A DNA stretch of 49,362 nt, taken from positions 1 through 49,362 of the forward strand of contig CALCVH010000018.1 of the NCBI GenBank assembly GCA_937907585.1, written 5' to 3'. Below the pieces are notes generated by a model. It did no database searches. It saw only the letters and a program-made list of their open reading frames with translations, and was not told the DNA's origin. This document shows, piece by piece, positions 1-12,294 of this stretch; the stretch's first letter is position 1, and each line of letters opens with the position of its first letter. The translations under genes were made by a program, and so were the position numbers. This DNA is from an uncultured Bacillota bacterium (GTDB lineage: Bacteria; Bacillota_I; Bacilli_A; Izemoplasmatales; UBA1188).

Positions 1-121
1 ACAACGGGTACGTGGTTTTCTAGAATACCAAAAGAGCCGTATTTTCTATCGACTACTCTTAATTCTTTACATTCGTATTCTTTTTCTTTTCCTTTTGGTG
101 AATAGAAAGCCACTTTAATCA

Positions 122-122
<1 letters not shown>
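1..122 (-). CDS. atpC: F0F1 ATP synthase subunit epsilon (N-terminal part only; the 3' end lies outside the window)
   Basis: Minus-strand translation from the ATG at 120-122 gives MIKVAFYSPKGKEKEYECKELRVVDRKYGSFGILENHVPV..., which carries the GILxxHxP-type epsilon N-terminal signature. The gene sits directly after atpD and its start overlaps the atpD stop (TAATG). Confidence 0.75.
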
Positions 123-2409
<2,287 letters not shown>

Positions 2410-2411
2410 AA

Positions 2412-3917
2412 TTAGAATGTTTGTTTAAATTGATTTATTAATTTATCCATTACTTGAGCGTCTGGTACTTCTTTTGTCTCAAGTATATTTTGAATTACCA
2501 TTTTACCATTGTAATCACTTCTAAAGAAGTTGAGTAATCCTTTTTCAAATTCGCTTACACGTTCTAGTGGAATACTATCTAAATATCCTTTAGTTAAAGC
2601 GTAAATTGAAATTACTTCAAGTTCAACAGGCATTGTTTCATGAACTGGTTGAACCATAAGTTGTAAGGATTTTTTACCTCTTTCAAGTTTTTTAGCTGTA
2701 GCTTCATCTAAGTCAGAACCAAATTGAGTGAATGACTCTAATTCTTGGTAAGAAGCTAAATCTAATCTTAATGTTCCACAAGTTTTCTTAATCGCTTTTA
2801 TCTGCGCAGCGCCACCAACACGAGACACTGATAAACCTGGTTGAACTGCAGGCCTAATACCACTATGGAACAGATTGCTGTTAAGATAGATTTGACCATC
2901 AGTGATTGAAATTACATTTGTTGGAATATAAGCACTGAAATCGCCTGCTTGAGTTTCAATTATAGGTAGCGCAGTTAATGAGCCTCCACCTAATTCTTTT
3001 GATAATTTAGCCGCTCTTTCTAATAGTCTAGAATGAAGATAGAAGATATCTCCTGGATATGCTTCTCTTCCTGGTGGTCTATGTAATAGTAGTGATAGTT
3101 CACGATACGCTACCGCATGTTTAGATAGATCATCATAAATGATTAATGCGTCTTCGCCGTTGAACATAAATTCTTCACCGATTGCTGCACCGCTATATGG
3201 AGCGATATATTGAAGTGGAGCTGGATCTGATGCGTTTGCCGCAACTATTGTTGTATATTCCATTGCGCCATATTTTGTTAAAGTGTCTACTAAGCTTGCG
3301 ACAGTTGATTCTTTTTGTCCAATAGCGACATAGATACAATGAACATTTTTCCCTTTTTGGTTAATTATTGTATCAATCGCAATAGAAGTTTTACCAGTTT
3401 GTCTATCACCAATAATTAATTCTCTTTGACCTCTTCCAATTGGAATTAACGCATCAATAATCTTGATACCAGTTTGAAGAGGAACACTTACTGATTCTCT
3501 TTCGATAACACCAGTTGCTTTTCTTTCGATAGGGCGTCTTTTTGTTTCTCCAAGTGGTCCTTTTCCATCTATAGGTTCACCTAATGGGTTAACAACTCTA
3601 CCAATTAATGCATTTCCAACTGGAACTTCTAAAATATGTTTAGTTGTAGTAACCTTATCGCCTTCTTTAATAGAAGATGTATTGTTTAATAGTATTGCGC
3701 CAACACTATCTCGCTCTAAATTAAGAGCCATTCCATATACATGATTAGGGAATTCTAAAAGCTCACCACTCATGGCGTTATCTAATCCATATATTAAAGC
3801 TATACCATCACCTATAGATGTTACTACGCCAACTTCTTTTGTCTCAGTCTGACTTGAGTAGTTCTTTATCTGAGCTTTTATTAATGAGCTTATTTCACTT
3901 GCGCTTACTCTTTTCAT
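2412..3917 (-). CDS. atpA: F0F1 ATP synthase subunit alpha
   Basis: 501 aa with Walker A GDRQTGKT and conserved alpha blocks ([44 protein letters not shown]). Confidence 0.97.
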   Translation of the reverse strand: MKRVSASEISSLIKAQIKNYSSQTETKEVGVVTSIGDGIALIYGLDNAMSGELLEFPNHVYGMALNLERDSVGAILLNNTSSIKEGDKVTTTKHILEVPVGNALIGRVVNPLGEPIDGKGPLGETKRRPIERKATGVIERESVSVPLQTGIKIIDALIPIGRGQRELIIGDRQTGKTSIAIDTIINQKGKNVHCIYVAIGQKESTVASLVDTLTKYGAMEYTTIVAANASDPAPLQYIAPYSGAAIGEEFMFNGEDALIIYDDLSKHAVAYRELSLLLHRPPGREAYPGDIFYLHSRLLERAAKLSKELGGGSLTALPIIETQAGDFSAYIPTNVISITDGQIYLNSNLFHSGIRPAVQPGLSVSRVGGAAQIKAIKKTCGTLRLDLASYQELESFTQFGSDLDEATAKKLERGKKSLQLMVQPVHETMPVELEVISIYALTKGYLDSIPLERVSEFEKGLLNFFRSDYNGKMVIQNILETKEVPDAQVMDKLINQFKQTF

Positions 3918-4432
3918 AGGCTCTCCTTCAATTCATCTTTAAATTTTCTAAATTTAGAATCTAACGTCATATCAATCTCTTTAGATTCATAGGCTATTTT
4001 AATTCCTGCGGTTATAGATTTATCAATCTCGTTTGTAATATTGATTTTTCTATTTAATTTGTTTTCTAATTTAATATTCAATTTATCTAAATATTCACTG
4101 CTTAATAAGCTATTAGAATAGACATAGACATCAAGAATATTCTTTTCGTTATCAACTAATATTTGATATTCATCTTTTATTTCATCTAAAGAAGAGAATC
4201 TATCATTATCTATTAACACAAATAAAAAGTCTCTGAATAATCCTTCTTCATAAATCTTAGATATCATTTTCTTTTTTTCTTCCTTTTTAATTTCAGGATG
4301 TAAAAAGAAATTTTTAATATCTTGATCTAATGATTCTACTAGTGAAGTTAGATTATAGAGAATGTCTTCTTTTATTTGTTTATTTGTTGAAAGATCGTAT
4401 AGAGCCTTTGCGTACTCTTGACTAGCTTCCAT
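3914..4432 (-). CDS. atpH: F0F1 ATP synthase subunit delta (OSCP)
   Basis: 172 aa in the operon position between atpF and atpA. The OSCP-like N-terminus reads YAKALYDL. It overlaps atpA by 4 nt and atpF by 1 nt. Confidence 0.85.
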   Translation of the reverse strand: MEASQEYAKALYDLSTNKQIKEDILYNLTSLVESLDQDIKNFFLHPEIKKEEKKKMISKIYEEGLFRDFLFVLIDNDRFSSLDEIKDEYQILVDNEKNILDVYVYSNSLLSSEYLDKLNIKLENKLNRKINITNEIDKSITAGIKIAYESKEIDMTLDSKFRKFKDELKESL

Positions 4433-4971
4433 TATTCGCTCTCCTTATCTAATTCATCTAGAACAGAATCATCATATTTAGAAACATCAATTTCTTCAGA
4501 TATCATTTTTTGCGCCATCAAAGAAGCCAAATCAACAACTTCTTCTTTAGCTTCCTTAATTATTAATTCTTTTTCTTTTTTAGCTTCTTCTTTAGAATTA
4601 GAAACAATCTCTTCAGCGCTCGCTTTAGCTTCACCGATGATACGGACCTTTTCTTTAGTCGCAGTATCTTCAGCAGTTCTAATGATATCGTGAGCTTGAG
4701 CTCTTGAATCACTAAGAACTTGTTCTGCTTCAAGTTTCATCGCTTCTGCTTCTTTCTTGATTTCACCAGATTCTTTATATTCGTCTTGGATATTCTTTTT
4801 CTTCTTTTCTAAAAAAGCAGTAACCTTATTCCAGAATAAGAATCTTACAATCAAAACAAGAATAACAGTCGCTAGCAAGTTTATTAATAGTTCCCAGAAG
4901 TTTACACCAAGGGCTTTCTCTACTATTTCACTTAAGCCTTCAAGAGATTCTTTGATGCCATAGAAAACCAT
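4432..4971 (-). CDS. atpF: F0F1 ATP synthase subunit b
   Basis: 179 aa with one N-terminal TM helix followed by a long charged coiled coil rich in E, K and A, in the expected operon position. Confidence 0.85.
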   Translation of the reverse strand: MVFYGIKESLEGLSEIVEKALGVNFWELLINLLATVILVLIVRFLFWNKVTAFLEKKKKNIQDEYKESGEIKKEAEAMKLEAEQVLSDSRAQAHDIIRTAEDTATKEKVRIIGEAKASAEEIVSNSKEEAKKEKELIIKEAKEEVVDLASLMAQKMISEEIDVSKYDDSVLDELDKESE

Positions 4972-5006
4972 AAATTAGAACCTCCTTTTATGGTTTTAAA
5001 ACCTTA

Positions 5007-5992
<986 letters not shown>

Positions 5993-5996
5993 AGTT

Positions 5997-6374
5997 TCAT
6001 TCCTTTTTTATCATTATTAGTGATAATACTAATACCATTAATGGATATTCGCTTATACCGAATATCATATATATAGGATTAAAATCGCTTAGAAAAACCC
6101 CTATTACAATAATTCCACCATATAATAAATATCTAATGAAATAGCTAAATATTGTAAATCTTTTTAATCGTTTAGGGTTGTCCTGTGAGATTTTAATAGT
6201 CATTTTTGTGTGCCAATAATTGAGTATTATGGCAGATGAAGCACCAATCAATAAAGATTTAACTTCAGAATTCTTGTTTCCTGTTATCAAAAGAAGTGCT
6301 ATTGCGAGCACAATCGTAAAAGGTATAATGCATAAAATAGCTTTATCAAATAACGTTATTTCTTTTTTAAACAT
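5997..6374 (-). CDS. atpI: ATP synthase protein I (AtpI-like small membrane protein)
   Basis: 125 aa with four predicted TM segments, immediately upstream of atpB as in Bacillus atpIBEFHAGDC. The call rests on position and topology only. Confidence 0.65.
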   Translation of the reverse strand: MFKKEITLFDKAILCIIPFTIVLAIALLLITGNKNSEVKSLLIGASSAIILNYWHTKMTIKISQDNPKRLKRFTIFSYFIRYLLYGGIIVIGVFLSDFNPIYMIFGISEYPLMVLVLSLIMIKKE

Positions 6375-6377
6375 TCC

Positions 6378-6641
6378 TTACCCATTATTGTTGTTAACTC
6401 TTTTAATAAGATTGTAGATAGGGACGAAAGCGAATAAGAAAAATAAAATGATTAGAAATAAGCATTTAGTTCCAAGCTTCTTATCTAAAAATAATCCTAG
6501 CGCAATCGCTCCGCCCATAAATACAAAGACTTCAAGAATGAACTGGGTAAATATTACATACCCAGTTTTAACATCAATATCTTTATTTTTCTTTTCTTTA
6601 TCTTTATTATTTTGTTCCGAAGATTCTGTCACCAGCATCAC
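6378..6641 (-). CDS. AtpZ/AtpR-like small membrane protein (putative F0F1 assembly/Mg2+ accessory protein)
   Basis: 87 aa with a charged N-terminus and two TM helices. The motif GGAIALGLFLDKKLGTK resembles the GxxxGxxLDxxxGT motif I recall for the ATPase_gene1/AtpZ family. The start is uncertain because the ORF overlaps the upp 3' end by 35 nt. Confidence 0.55.
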   Translation of the reverse strand: MMLVTESSEQNNKDKEKKNKDIDVKTGYVIFTQFILEVFVFMGGAIALGLFLDKKLGTKCLFLIILFFLFAFVPIYNLIKRVNNNNG

Positions 6642-7233
6642 CTAAGCCAGGCATAATATAGCCTTTATCATTTAATCTTTCATCGATTGCGGCGATGAAG
6701 ATATGAACATCTGGATATGCTTTTTCAACTGCTTTAATACCTTCAGGACATCCAACTAAGCACATTAAACGGATGTTGCTATAGCCTCTCTTTTTAACCG
6801 CATCAATAGCTGCTATAGCGCTTCCACCAGTCGCAAGCATAGGATCGCATATTACAACTAATGGGTTTTCTACTTGTGGTAATTTGAAATAATATTCATG
6901 TGGTTCAAGAGTTTCTTCATCTCTATACATACCGATATGACCAATTCTTGCTGTTGGAATCATGTTTCTAACTCCATCAACCATACCGATACCAGCTCTT
7001 AAGATTGGAGCTAAGATAATCTTATTGTTTAATTTTTCCTTATGAAGCTCTACACCAGTAGGAGTATTGTAAGTTTCATCGATTTGATGTGTTTCTAAGT
7101 CTTCAAATACTTTGTAACACATTAGAGACGCAATTTCATCTAAGTTTTCTCTGAATTCCTTAGACTTAGTGTTCTCATCACGCATAAGAGCGAGTTTTAC
7201 CTTAATTAATGGATGGTTTACTACTGTTAACAT
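6607..7233 (-). CDS. upp: uracil phosphoribosyltransferase
   Basis: 208 aa with N-terminal VxxHPLIxxKLxxxRD, the PRPP loop VVICDPMLATGGS, and a C-terminal YIxPGLGDAGDRxFGT. Confidence 0.95.
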   Translation of the reverse strand: MLTVVNHPLIKVKLALMRDENTKSKEFRENLDEIASLMCYKVFEDLETHQIDETYNTPTGVELHKEKLNNKIILAPILRAGIGMVDGVRNMIPTARIGHIGMYRDEETLEPHEYYFKLPQVENPLVVICDPMLATGGSAIAAIDAVKKRGYSNIRLMCLVGCPEGIKAVEKAYPDVHIFIAAIDERLNDKGYIMPGLGDAGDRIFGTK

Positions 7234-7676
7234 TTCATTTCTCCTTCAAAACTTATTATTTCTTTTACTCTTCTTAAGTGTCTTTCTTCATTTGAGAACT
7301 CTGTAGTTAAGAATGTCCTAACTATTTTTAAAGCCTCTTCTTTGGTTTGATTTACTTGTCCTAATGAAACTATGTTCGCATCATTATGTAATTTAGAATG
7401 AGATGCCATATCTTCATTTAGGCACAAAGCGCATCTAATTCCTTTAAATTTATTGGCCGCAATGGTAATTCCAACTCCGTTTGTACAGATTAAAATTCCA
7501 TAATCAGCTTTTTTAGAAATTAAGTCTTCCGCAACCTTTTTAGCGTAAAGTGGATAGTCTACAGATTCTTTGTTGAAACAACCTTCATCCACCATCTCAT
7601 AATCATTTTTTAATTCATTAAGCAGATATTCTTTTAGATCGAATCCGCCATGATCAGAAGCAATCGAAACCTTCAT
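7227..7676 (-). CDS. rpiB: ribose-5-phosphate isomerase B
   Basis: 149 aa RpiB/LacA/LacB fold: MKVSIASDHGGFDLKE, CTNGVGITIAANK, and C-terminal ERHxRRVxxI. Confidence 0.9.
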   Translation of the reverse strand: MKVSIASDHGGFDLKEYLLNELKNDYEMVDEGCFNKESVDYPLYAKKVAEDLISKKADYGILICTNGVGITIAANKFKGIRCALCLNEDMASHSKLHNDANIVSLGQVNQTKEEALKIVRTFLTTEFSNEERHLRRVKEIISFEGEMKC

Positions 7677-7721
7677 ACATTCTCCTTTTAAATATTATAC
7701 ACTATTTTTTAATTATTATAA

Positions 7722-8291
7722 TTAAAAAAGTTTTATTTTTACGCTGCCCTCTCTAAGCACCTTACCATTGATCGCATCATATACAGTAGATGGGATACCG
7801 CTTAGGTCTTTTCCTTTTACTATATAGTCAACTTTATCTAAATACTTTAATGCATCTATATACTTAGTTATTGGTGGTTCGCCACTTTTATTTAAGCTTG
7901 TCATAATCATAGGTCCAAACTTATCAAGGACCTTTAAAGTCTTCTTACAATCAGGCATTCTTAGCCCAACTGTATCTGATGGAGAAATATATTCTTTAAC
8001 CTTATCGCTCTTTTTAAATATTATAGTAAGGGCGCCAGGCCAATGTTCATTTATTAATGCGTAACTATCAAATGAATTAACAGTTAGTTCATCGACTTGT
8101 TTCATATTAGATACAAGGAGTGAAAAATATTTTTCACTTCCTCTATTTTTAATATCTTTTATTCTTTGCGCAGCCTTTTCACTATTCATTAGTGCGCCTA
8201 ATCCATATACCGTATCAGTTTCAATTATAAAAACTTCATCTTTTAAATTCAGTTTTAAAAAATCTTCTATATCAATTTCCATCTGGTTCAC
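7722..8291 (-). CDS. tsaC: L-threonylcarbamoyladenylate synthase (short TsaC/YrdC type)
   Basis: 189 aa YrdC-domain protein with TDTVYGLGA, GALTII, GLRMPD and PSTVxD blocks. It occupies the Bacillus ywlC-like position upstream of rpiB. An alternative start is at 8282. Confidence 0.85.
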   Translation of the reverse strand: MNQMEIDIEDFLKLNLKDEVFIIETDTVYGLGALMNSEKAAQRIKDIKNRGSEKYFSLLVSNMKQVDELTVNSFDSYALINEHWPGALTIIFKKSDKVKEYISPSDTVGLRMPDCKKTLKVLDKFGPMIMTSLNKSGEPPITKYIDALKYLDKVDYIVKGKDLSGIPSTVYDAINGKVLREGSVKIKLF

Positions 8292-9102
8292 CTATTTTTA
8301 AAAACTTTAATAAATATTTAGCGATCGCATCATTTTCACACGTATCATCAAGCACAACAGTTGCGAGCTTTTTAATATTTTCATCTGCGTTTTTTGGCGC
8401 TATACGTATATCCCCTTCTTCAAAAAACTCAAAATCATTTATTGAATCTCCACAGATTATTGTATGCGCTTTATCAAATCCTAAATCTTCTCTAACTTTC
8501 TTTATCGCAGTTCCTTTGTTGATGTTTTTTAAATATATCTCAACAATTTCTTTGTATACTCCGTAAGTCCATATTCTTGCGCCAATATCACTAAAGTTAT
8601 TGTTGATATAATCTTCTATTTCTTTTCCGTATCCTTCTTTTGCGAGAATCAATGTTCCATGAACATCATCTTTTAGTATTTTATCTAGGTCACCAACATA
8701 TAATGTAGACATGAAACTATGATGCATTAATGGATATAGGTATTCATCATCTACGTTAGAATAAATATCATCGTCATCTTCACAGAAACACACAGTGAAT
8801 TTATCCATCATTTTATGATAAATATCTAGTATCTCTTCTTTTGGAATCTTTTTAGAGATAACTTCATATCTATAATCTCTAGGATTATGGATAAGTTGAC
8901 CATTATAATTTATTAGTGGTGTTAATAATTCAAACTTCTTATACACAAAAAAACTACTTCTAAAAGGTCTTCCAGTAGTTATGATTATACTATGTCCGTT
9001 TTTTGCGATTTTCTTAAATGCTTCGATGTTAAAATCACTTAAACCATATAGATTAGGCATGATTGTTCCATCGAGATCTACAGCGATTAGATACTTTTCC
9101 AT
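8272..9102 (-). CDS. Cof-type HAD-IIB family phosphatase
   Basis: 276 aa with HAD motif I AVDLDGT, motif II TGR, a cap region, and motif IV GDSINDxEF. Confidence 0.85.
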   Translation of the reverse strand: MEKYLIAVDLDGTIMPNLYGLSDFNIEAFKKIAKNGHSIIITTGRPFRSSFFVYKKFELLTPLINYNGQLIHNPRDYRYEVISKKIPKEEILDIYHKMMDKFTVCFCEDDDDIYSNVDDEYLYPLMHHSFMSTLYVGDLDKILKDDVHGTLILAKEGYGKEIEDYINNNFSDIGARIWTYGVYKEIVEIYLKNINKGTAIKKVREDLGFDKAHTIICGDSINDFEFFEEGDIRIAPKNADENIKKLATVVLDDTCENDAIAKYLLKFLKIGEPDGN

Positions 9103-9146
9103 ATTTTCACCATTCTAATTATAACACGGAGAGGGATATGAGTTTA

Positions 9147-9197
9147 TGTATTTTTTATAAAAAATACACAATATGAAAAAGATGTGTTTTAAATACA
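9147..9197. promoter_or_regulatory. pair of related operator-like palindromes
   Basis: A perfect 22-bp palindrome tgtattttttataaaaaataca sits at 9147-9168. A related imperfect palindrome tgtgttttaaataca sits at 9183-9197. The centres are about 33 bp apart, immediately upstream of the putative + promoter. Confidence 0.4.
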
Positions 9198-9203
9198 CCA
9201 ACT

Positions 9204-9232
9204 CAATATTTTTTTCAATAATATGTTATAAT
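9204..9232 (+). promoter_or_regulatory. putative sigma-A promoter with extended -10 for the membrane-protein/ftsK operon
   Basis: TGtTATAAT lies at 9224-9232 and a weak -35 (caatat) at 9204-9209. The AGGAG RBS and ATG follow about 20 nt downstream. Confidence 0.4.
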
Positions 9233-9252
9233 ATTGAAAAATAGGAGTTAGT

Positions 9253-10008
9253 ATGATTTTCGCAGATAGTTCAATTTTTAATGTTTCTAATATATTCGCA
9301 TTCTTGTTAGGGATTGTAGCGGGTTTTATCCTACTAATCGCTATTTTCGCTATTATTATCGCAACAGAAAAAACAAAATCTAAAAAGATAACTGGCTCTA
9401 CAATAGAAAAGCTTAACGAAGAGAAAGTAAGAGAGTTAATAGCGAATAAACAAAATGATTTTATCAAATTAGTTGAAGAGGATGATCAAGAATATTTCAA
9501 GACTGCTTTAACTCTTACTTTAGAACTACTTCATGAGATATCATCATATTATTTCCCCGATTCAGATTATCCTGAGTATGAATTAACTATCACAGAAGCT
9601 ACTGAATTAATTCATTATATCGTTGATCAGATAGCGATTCTTATGGATAAACCAATCTTAAGAAAACTTAAAGACATGAAGATATCAAAAATCGTAAAAG
9701 TGATTGATAATTCAAAAAGAATCGCTAATAGTAAAGCTGCGAAAGCTATGAAGAAATCAACTGGTGTCGCTGGAGTTGCGAAAGCGATATTAAATACTAT
9801 TAACCCTGTTATGTGGTTTAAGAAGATAGTTGTGAATGGAACTGTTAATATCGCAATAAAAAAACTATGTAAAGCTGAATTATTAATAGTTGGAAGAGAA
9901 TGCGATAAAGTATACTCAAAATCTCTATTTAAAAAAGATATTGATGAAAATGTAAGAGATAAAGAGAAAGAAGATATTGAAGAGATATTTGCGGATGACA
10001 AGGAGTAA
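9253..10008 (+). CDS. hypothetical single-pass membrane protein, translationally coupled to the ftsK-family gene
   Basis: 251 aa with one N-terminal TM helix (IFAFLLGIVAGFILLIAIFAIIIA) followed by a charged helical region. An AGGAG RBS lies 6 nt before the ATG. Its stop is 5 nt before the next ATG, and the downstream gene's AAGGAG RBS sits inside its last codons. Confidence 0.7.
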   Translation: MIFADSSIFNVSNIFAFLLGIVAGFILLIAIFAIIIATEKTKSKKITGSTIEKLNEEKVRELIANKQNDFIKLVEEDDQEYFKTALTLTLELLHEISSYYFPDSDYPEYELTITEATELIHYIVDQIAILMDKPILRKLKDMKISKIVKVIDNSKRIANSKAAKAMKKSTGVAGVAKAILNTINPVMWFKKIVVNGTVNIAIKKLCKAELLIVGRECDKVYSKSLFKKDIDENVRDKEKEDIEEIFADDKE

Positions 10009-10013
10009 TAAAT

Positions 10014-12281
10014 ATGTTTGAATTAGGAAAGAAAAAGAGTAAATACGTAGTAAAAGAGAGAAGTAAGGAGGACCAACCATTTATTATTCCATATATCAGT
10101 AGAGGTAGCGAAGACAACCTAAACGATATGAAAAAGTTAAACCAATTCGCATCTCCAATGCATGGTAGAGATAATAAAGATGAGATGGTAGTTCCTAAAA
10201 ATTCAGATAAAACAAATGATATTTCAAAATGGGACTTTTTAAGACAAGAACCTATCAAACAGAAAAAAGATGATTATTCTGAATTCACATTCGTTCCTTC
10301 TAGACATCCTAAAAAGACTGAAGATGTTAAAGAGGAAGTTAAAGAGGACGTAAATACTAAAGAAGCAGTTAAAGAAGAATACGATGATAACACTTCTTCT
10401 TTTGATTATGAAGAACCTCAAGTTCAAGAAGAACCAAAACAGAATGAATATGTAGCGCCACAAAATGATTATTCTGATTATAATCAGAGTGATGAAACAA
10501 AATCATTTGATGAAAATGGTTATGATAATGATAATAATGAAGATGAACCATTTGAATTTGAATATAATGAAGAAGATACTGAGGAGAGCGATCCTAAACT
10601 ACATGAAAGTATGTTTGGTGTAGATATAGATGATGAACCACAAGAAATAAAATATGAAAAGGCTGAAGTAGAAAAGCCTGTTCAAGAAGAGCCAAAACAA
10701 AATGAATATGTAGCTCCAAAAGAAAACAATGACGCTAAGCCTATTAAGATGGATAAGCCTGAAAAGATGGAATATAATCCAAATAGTAAATATACTATGC
10801 AGGAATTAGCGATTATTAATTCAGGACATAAACCTCTTGAATATAAAAATTATAAGAGACCTCCAATGTCTCTTCTTGAAGAACCAGTTCTTCCAGAATC
10901 TAATGAAGAAGGATGGGTTGATCCTAATATAGAAGCGATTAACGCAACTCTTAAAGGATTTAGAATTGCTGGTGAAGTTGTGGAAAGCGTATCTGGTCCT
11001 ACTTTTACTAGATATTCAATCAATCTAGCACCTGGTGTATCAGGCTCAAAGATTACTACTATTCAAAACGATCTTCAAAGATCTTTACAAGCTACTTCTT
11101 TACGTATACAAAACCCAATTCCTGGAAAGGCTTATGTCGGAGTTGAAGTACCTAATAAAAAGAGAAGAAAAGTATGTATTAGAGAATTAATTGATAGACC
11201 TGATTTCCTAGAAAATAAAGATCCATTAAGCGTTCCAATTGGATTAGATGTTGAAGGAAACTGTGAATTCGTTTCGATTGGTAAATTACCTCACGCACTT
11301 GTTGCGGGAGCGAGTGGTTCTGGTAAATCAGTATTTATCAATAGCGTAGTTACATCTTTAATGTATAAAAACAGTCCTGAAGAAGTAAGATTCTTCTTCA
11401 TTGACCCTAAACAAGTAGATTTACAAGCATATAAAAATATACCGCACTTACTATGTCCAATTATTCCAGACGCTAAAGGTGGAATTGCGGGGCTTAAGTG
11501 GTTGATTGCGGAAATGGAAAGAAGATTAAAAATCTTCGCTATTGTAGGATGTTCGAACATAAATGGTTATAGAGAAAAAAGAAAAGATGATCCTGAACTT
11601 AAAAAGATTCCATTCATTATCGCTATAATTGATGAATGTGGTGATTTTCTTATGAATGGTGGAACTGAAGCACAAGAATTACTAACAAAACTAATTCAAA
11701 AATGTCGTGCTGCAGGTATCCACATCTTCTTAGCGATGCAGAAACCTATCGCAAAACAACTATCAAGCGCAATTAAATCTAACGCAACAGGTAGATTTGC
11801 GTTCCGTGTTACAAGCCAAGTTGACTCATTTACTATCCTTGAAGAAGGAGGAGCTGAAAACTTGCTTGGACAAGGCGATATGATCTACCACAACAATGGT
11901 AGTGGTCGTTACCAAGCTGCGTTTATTGATGACTTTGAAGTTAGAAAGATTACCGCTTTTGTTAGTGAACAAGGACCACAGGATTTCTATTTCACTGTTA
12001 AAGATTTAGAAGAAAAAGAAAATACTAAGAACCCTGGTAAGATTACAGATGATGAATTCTATAAGATAGCTAGATTCGTTTGTGACGAAGGCGAATGTTC
12101 AACTAACCAAATCTGTAAGAACTTTAATATAGGATACAATAGAGCGAACGATATAGTAAATCAATTAGAATATTATAATATCGTATCCGCCAGCAAGGGT
12201 ACTAGAGCTAGAGAAGTGCTTCTTACTAGAGAAGAACTTGAAGAAGTAATTGAAAGAATTAAAGAAGATAACGCATACTAG
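10014..12281 (+). CDS. ftsK: FtsK/SpoIIIE-family DNA translocase lacking an N-terminal membrane domain (SftA-like)
   Basis: 755 aa with Walker A GASGSGKS, Walker B IIAIIDECGD, and a C-terminal winged-helix gamma domain (YNRANDIVNQLEYYNIVS). The roughly 300-aa N-terminal region is acidic and low-complexity with no hydrophobic helix. Confidence 0.93.
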   Translation: MFELGKKKSKYVVKERSKEDQPFIIPYISRGSEDNLNDMKKLNQFASPMHGRDNKDEMVVPKNSDKTNDISKWDFLRQEPIKQKKDDYSEFTFVPSRHPKKTEDVKEEVKEDVNTKEAVKEEYDDNTSSFDYEEPQVQEEPKQNEYVAPQNDYSDYNQSDETKSFDENGYDNDNNEDEPFEFEYNEEDTEESDPKLHESMFGVDIDDEPQEIKYEKAEVEKPVQEEPKQNEYVAPKENNDAKPIKMDKPEKMEYNPNSKYTMQELAIINSGHKPLEYKNYKRPPMSLLEEPVLPESNEEGWVDPNIEAINATLKGFRIAGEVVESVSGPTFTRYSINLAPGVSGSKITTIQNDLQRSLQATSLRIQNPIPGKAYVGVEVPNKKRRKVCIRELIDRPDFLENKDPLSVPIGLDVEGNCEFVSIGKLPHALVAGASGSGKSVFINSVVTSLMYKNSPEEVRFFFIDPKQVDLQAYKNIPHLLCPIIPDAKGGIAGLKWLIAEMERRLKIFAIVGCSNINGYREKRKDDPELKKIPFIIAIIDECGDFLMNGGTEAQELLTKLIQKCRAAGIHIFLAMQKPIAKQLSSAIKSNATGRFAFRVTSQVDSFTILEEGGAENLLGQGDMIYHNNGSGRYQAAFIDDFEVRKITAFVSEQGPQDFYFTVKDLEEKENTKNPGKITDDEFYKIARFVCDEGECSTNQICKNFNIGYNRANDIVNQLEYYNIVSASKGTRAREVLLTREELEEVIERIKEDNAY
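10422..10718 (+). repeat. intragenic direct repeat in the ftsK linker (2 x about 39 nt encoding VQEEPKQNEYVAP)
   Basis: 10422-10460 (gttcaagaagaaccaaaacagaatgaatatgtagcgcca) and 10680-10718 (gttcaagaagagccaaaacaaaatgaatatgtagctcca) differ at only 3 positions. Confidence 0.85.
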
Positions 12282-12294
12282 TATAGGTAATACA

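Noticed and set aside
7705-7729. An all-A/T inverted repeat (ttttttaattat / ataattaaaaaa) between tsaC and rpiB, considered as a terminator.
   Set aside because: The stem is purely A-T with essentially no loop, so the predicted RNA hairpin would be very weak. The flanking genes look co-transcribed. It is probably a compositional artefact.
9118-9126. An extended -10-like TGtTATAAT on the minus strand upstream of the HAD phosphatase gene.
   Set aside because: It lies only about 16 nt from the ATG, so the predicted transcription start would remove the RBS. I cannot support it as the operon promoter without 5'-end data.
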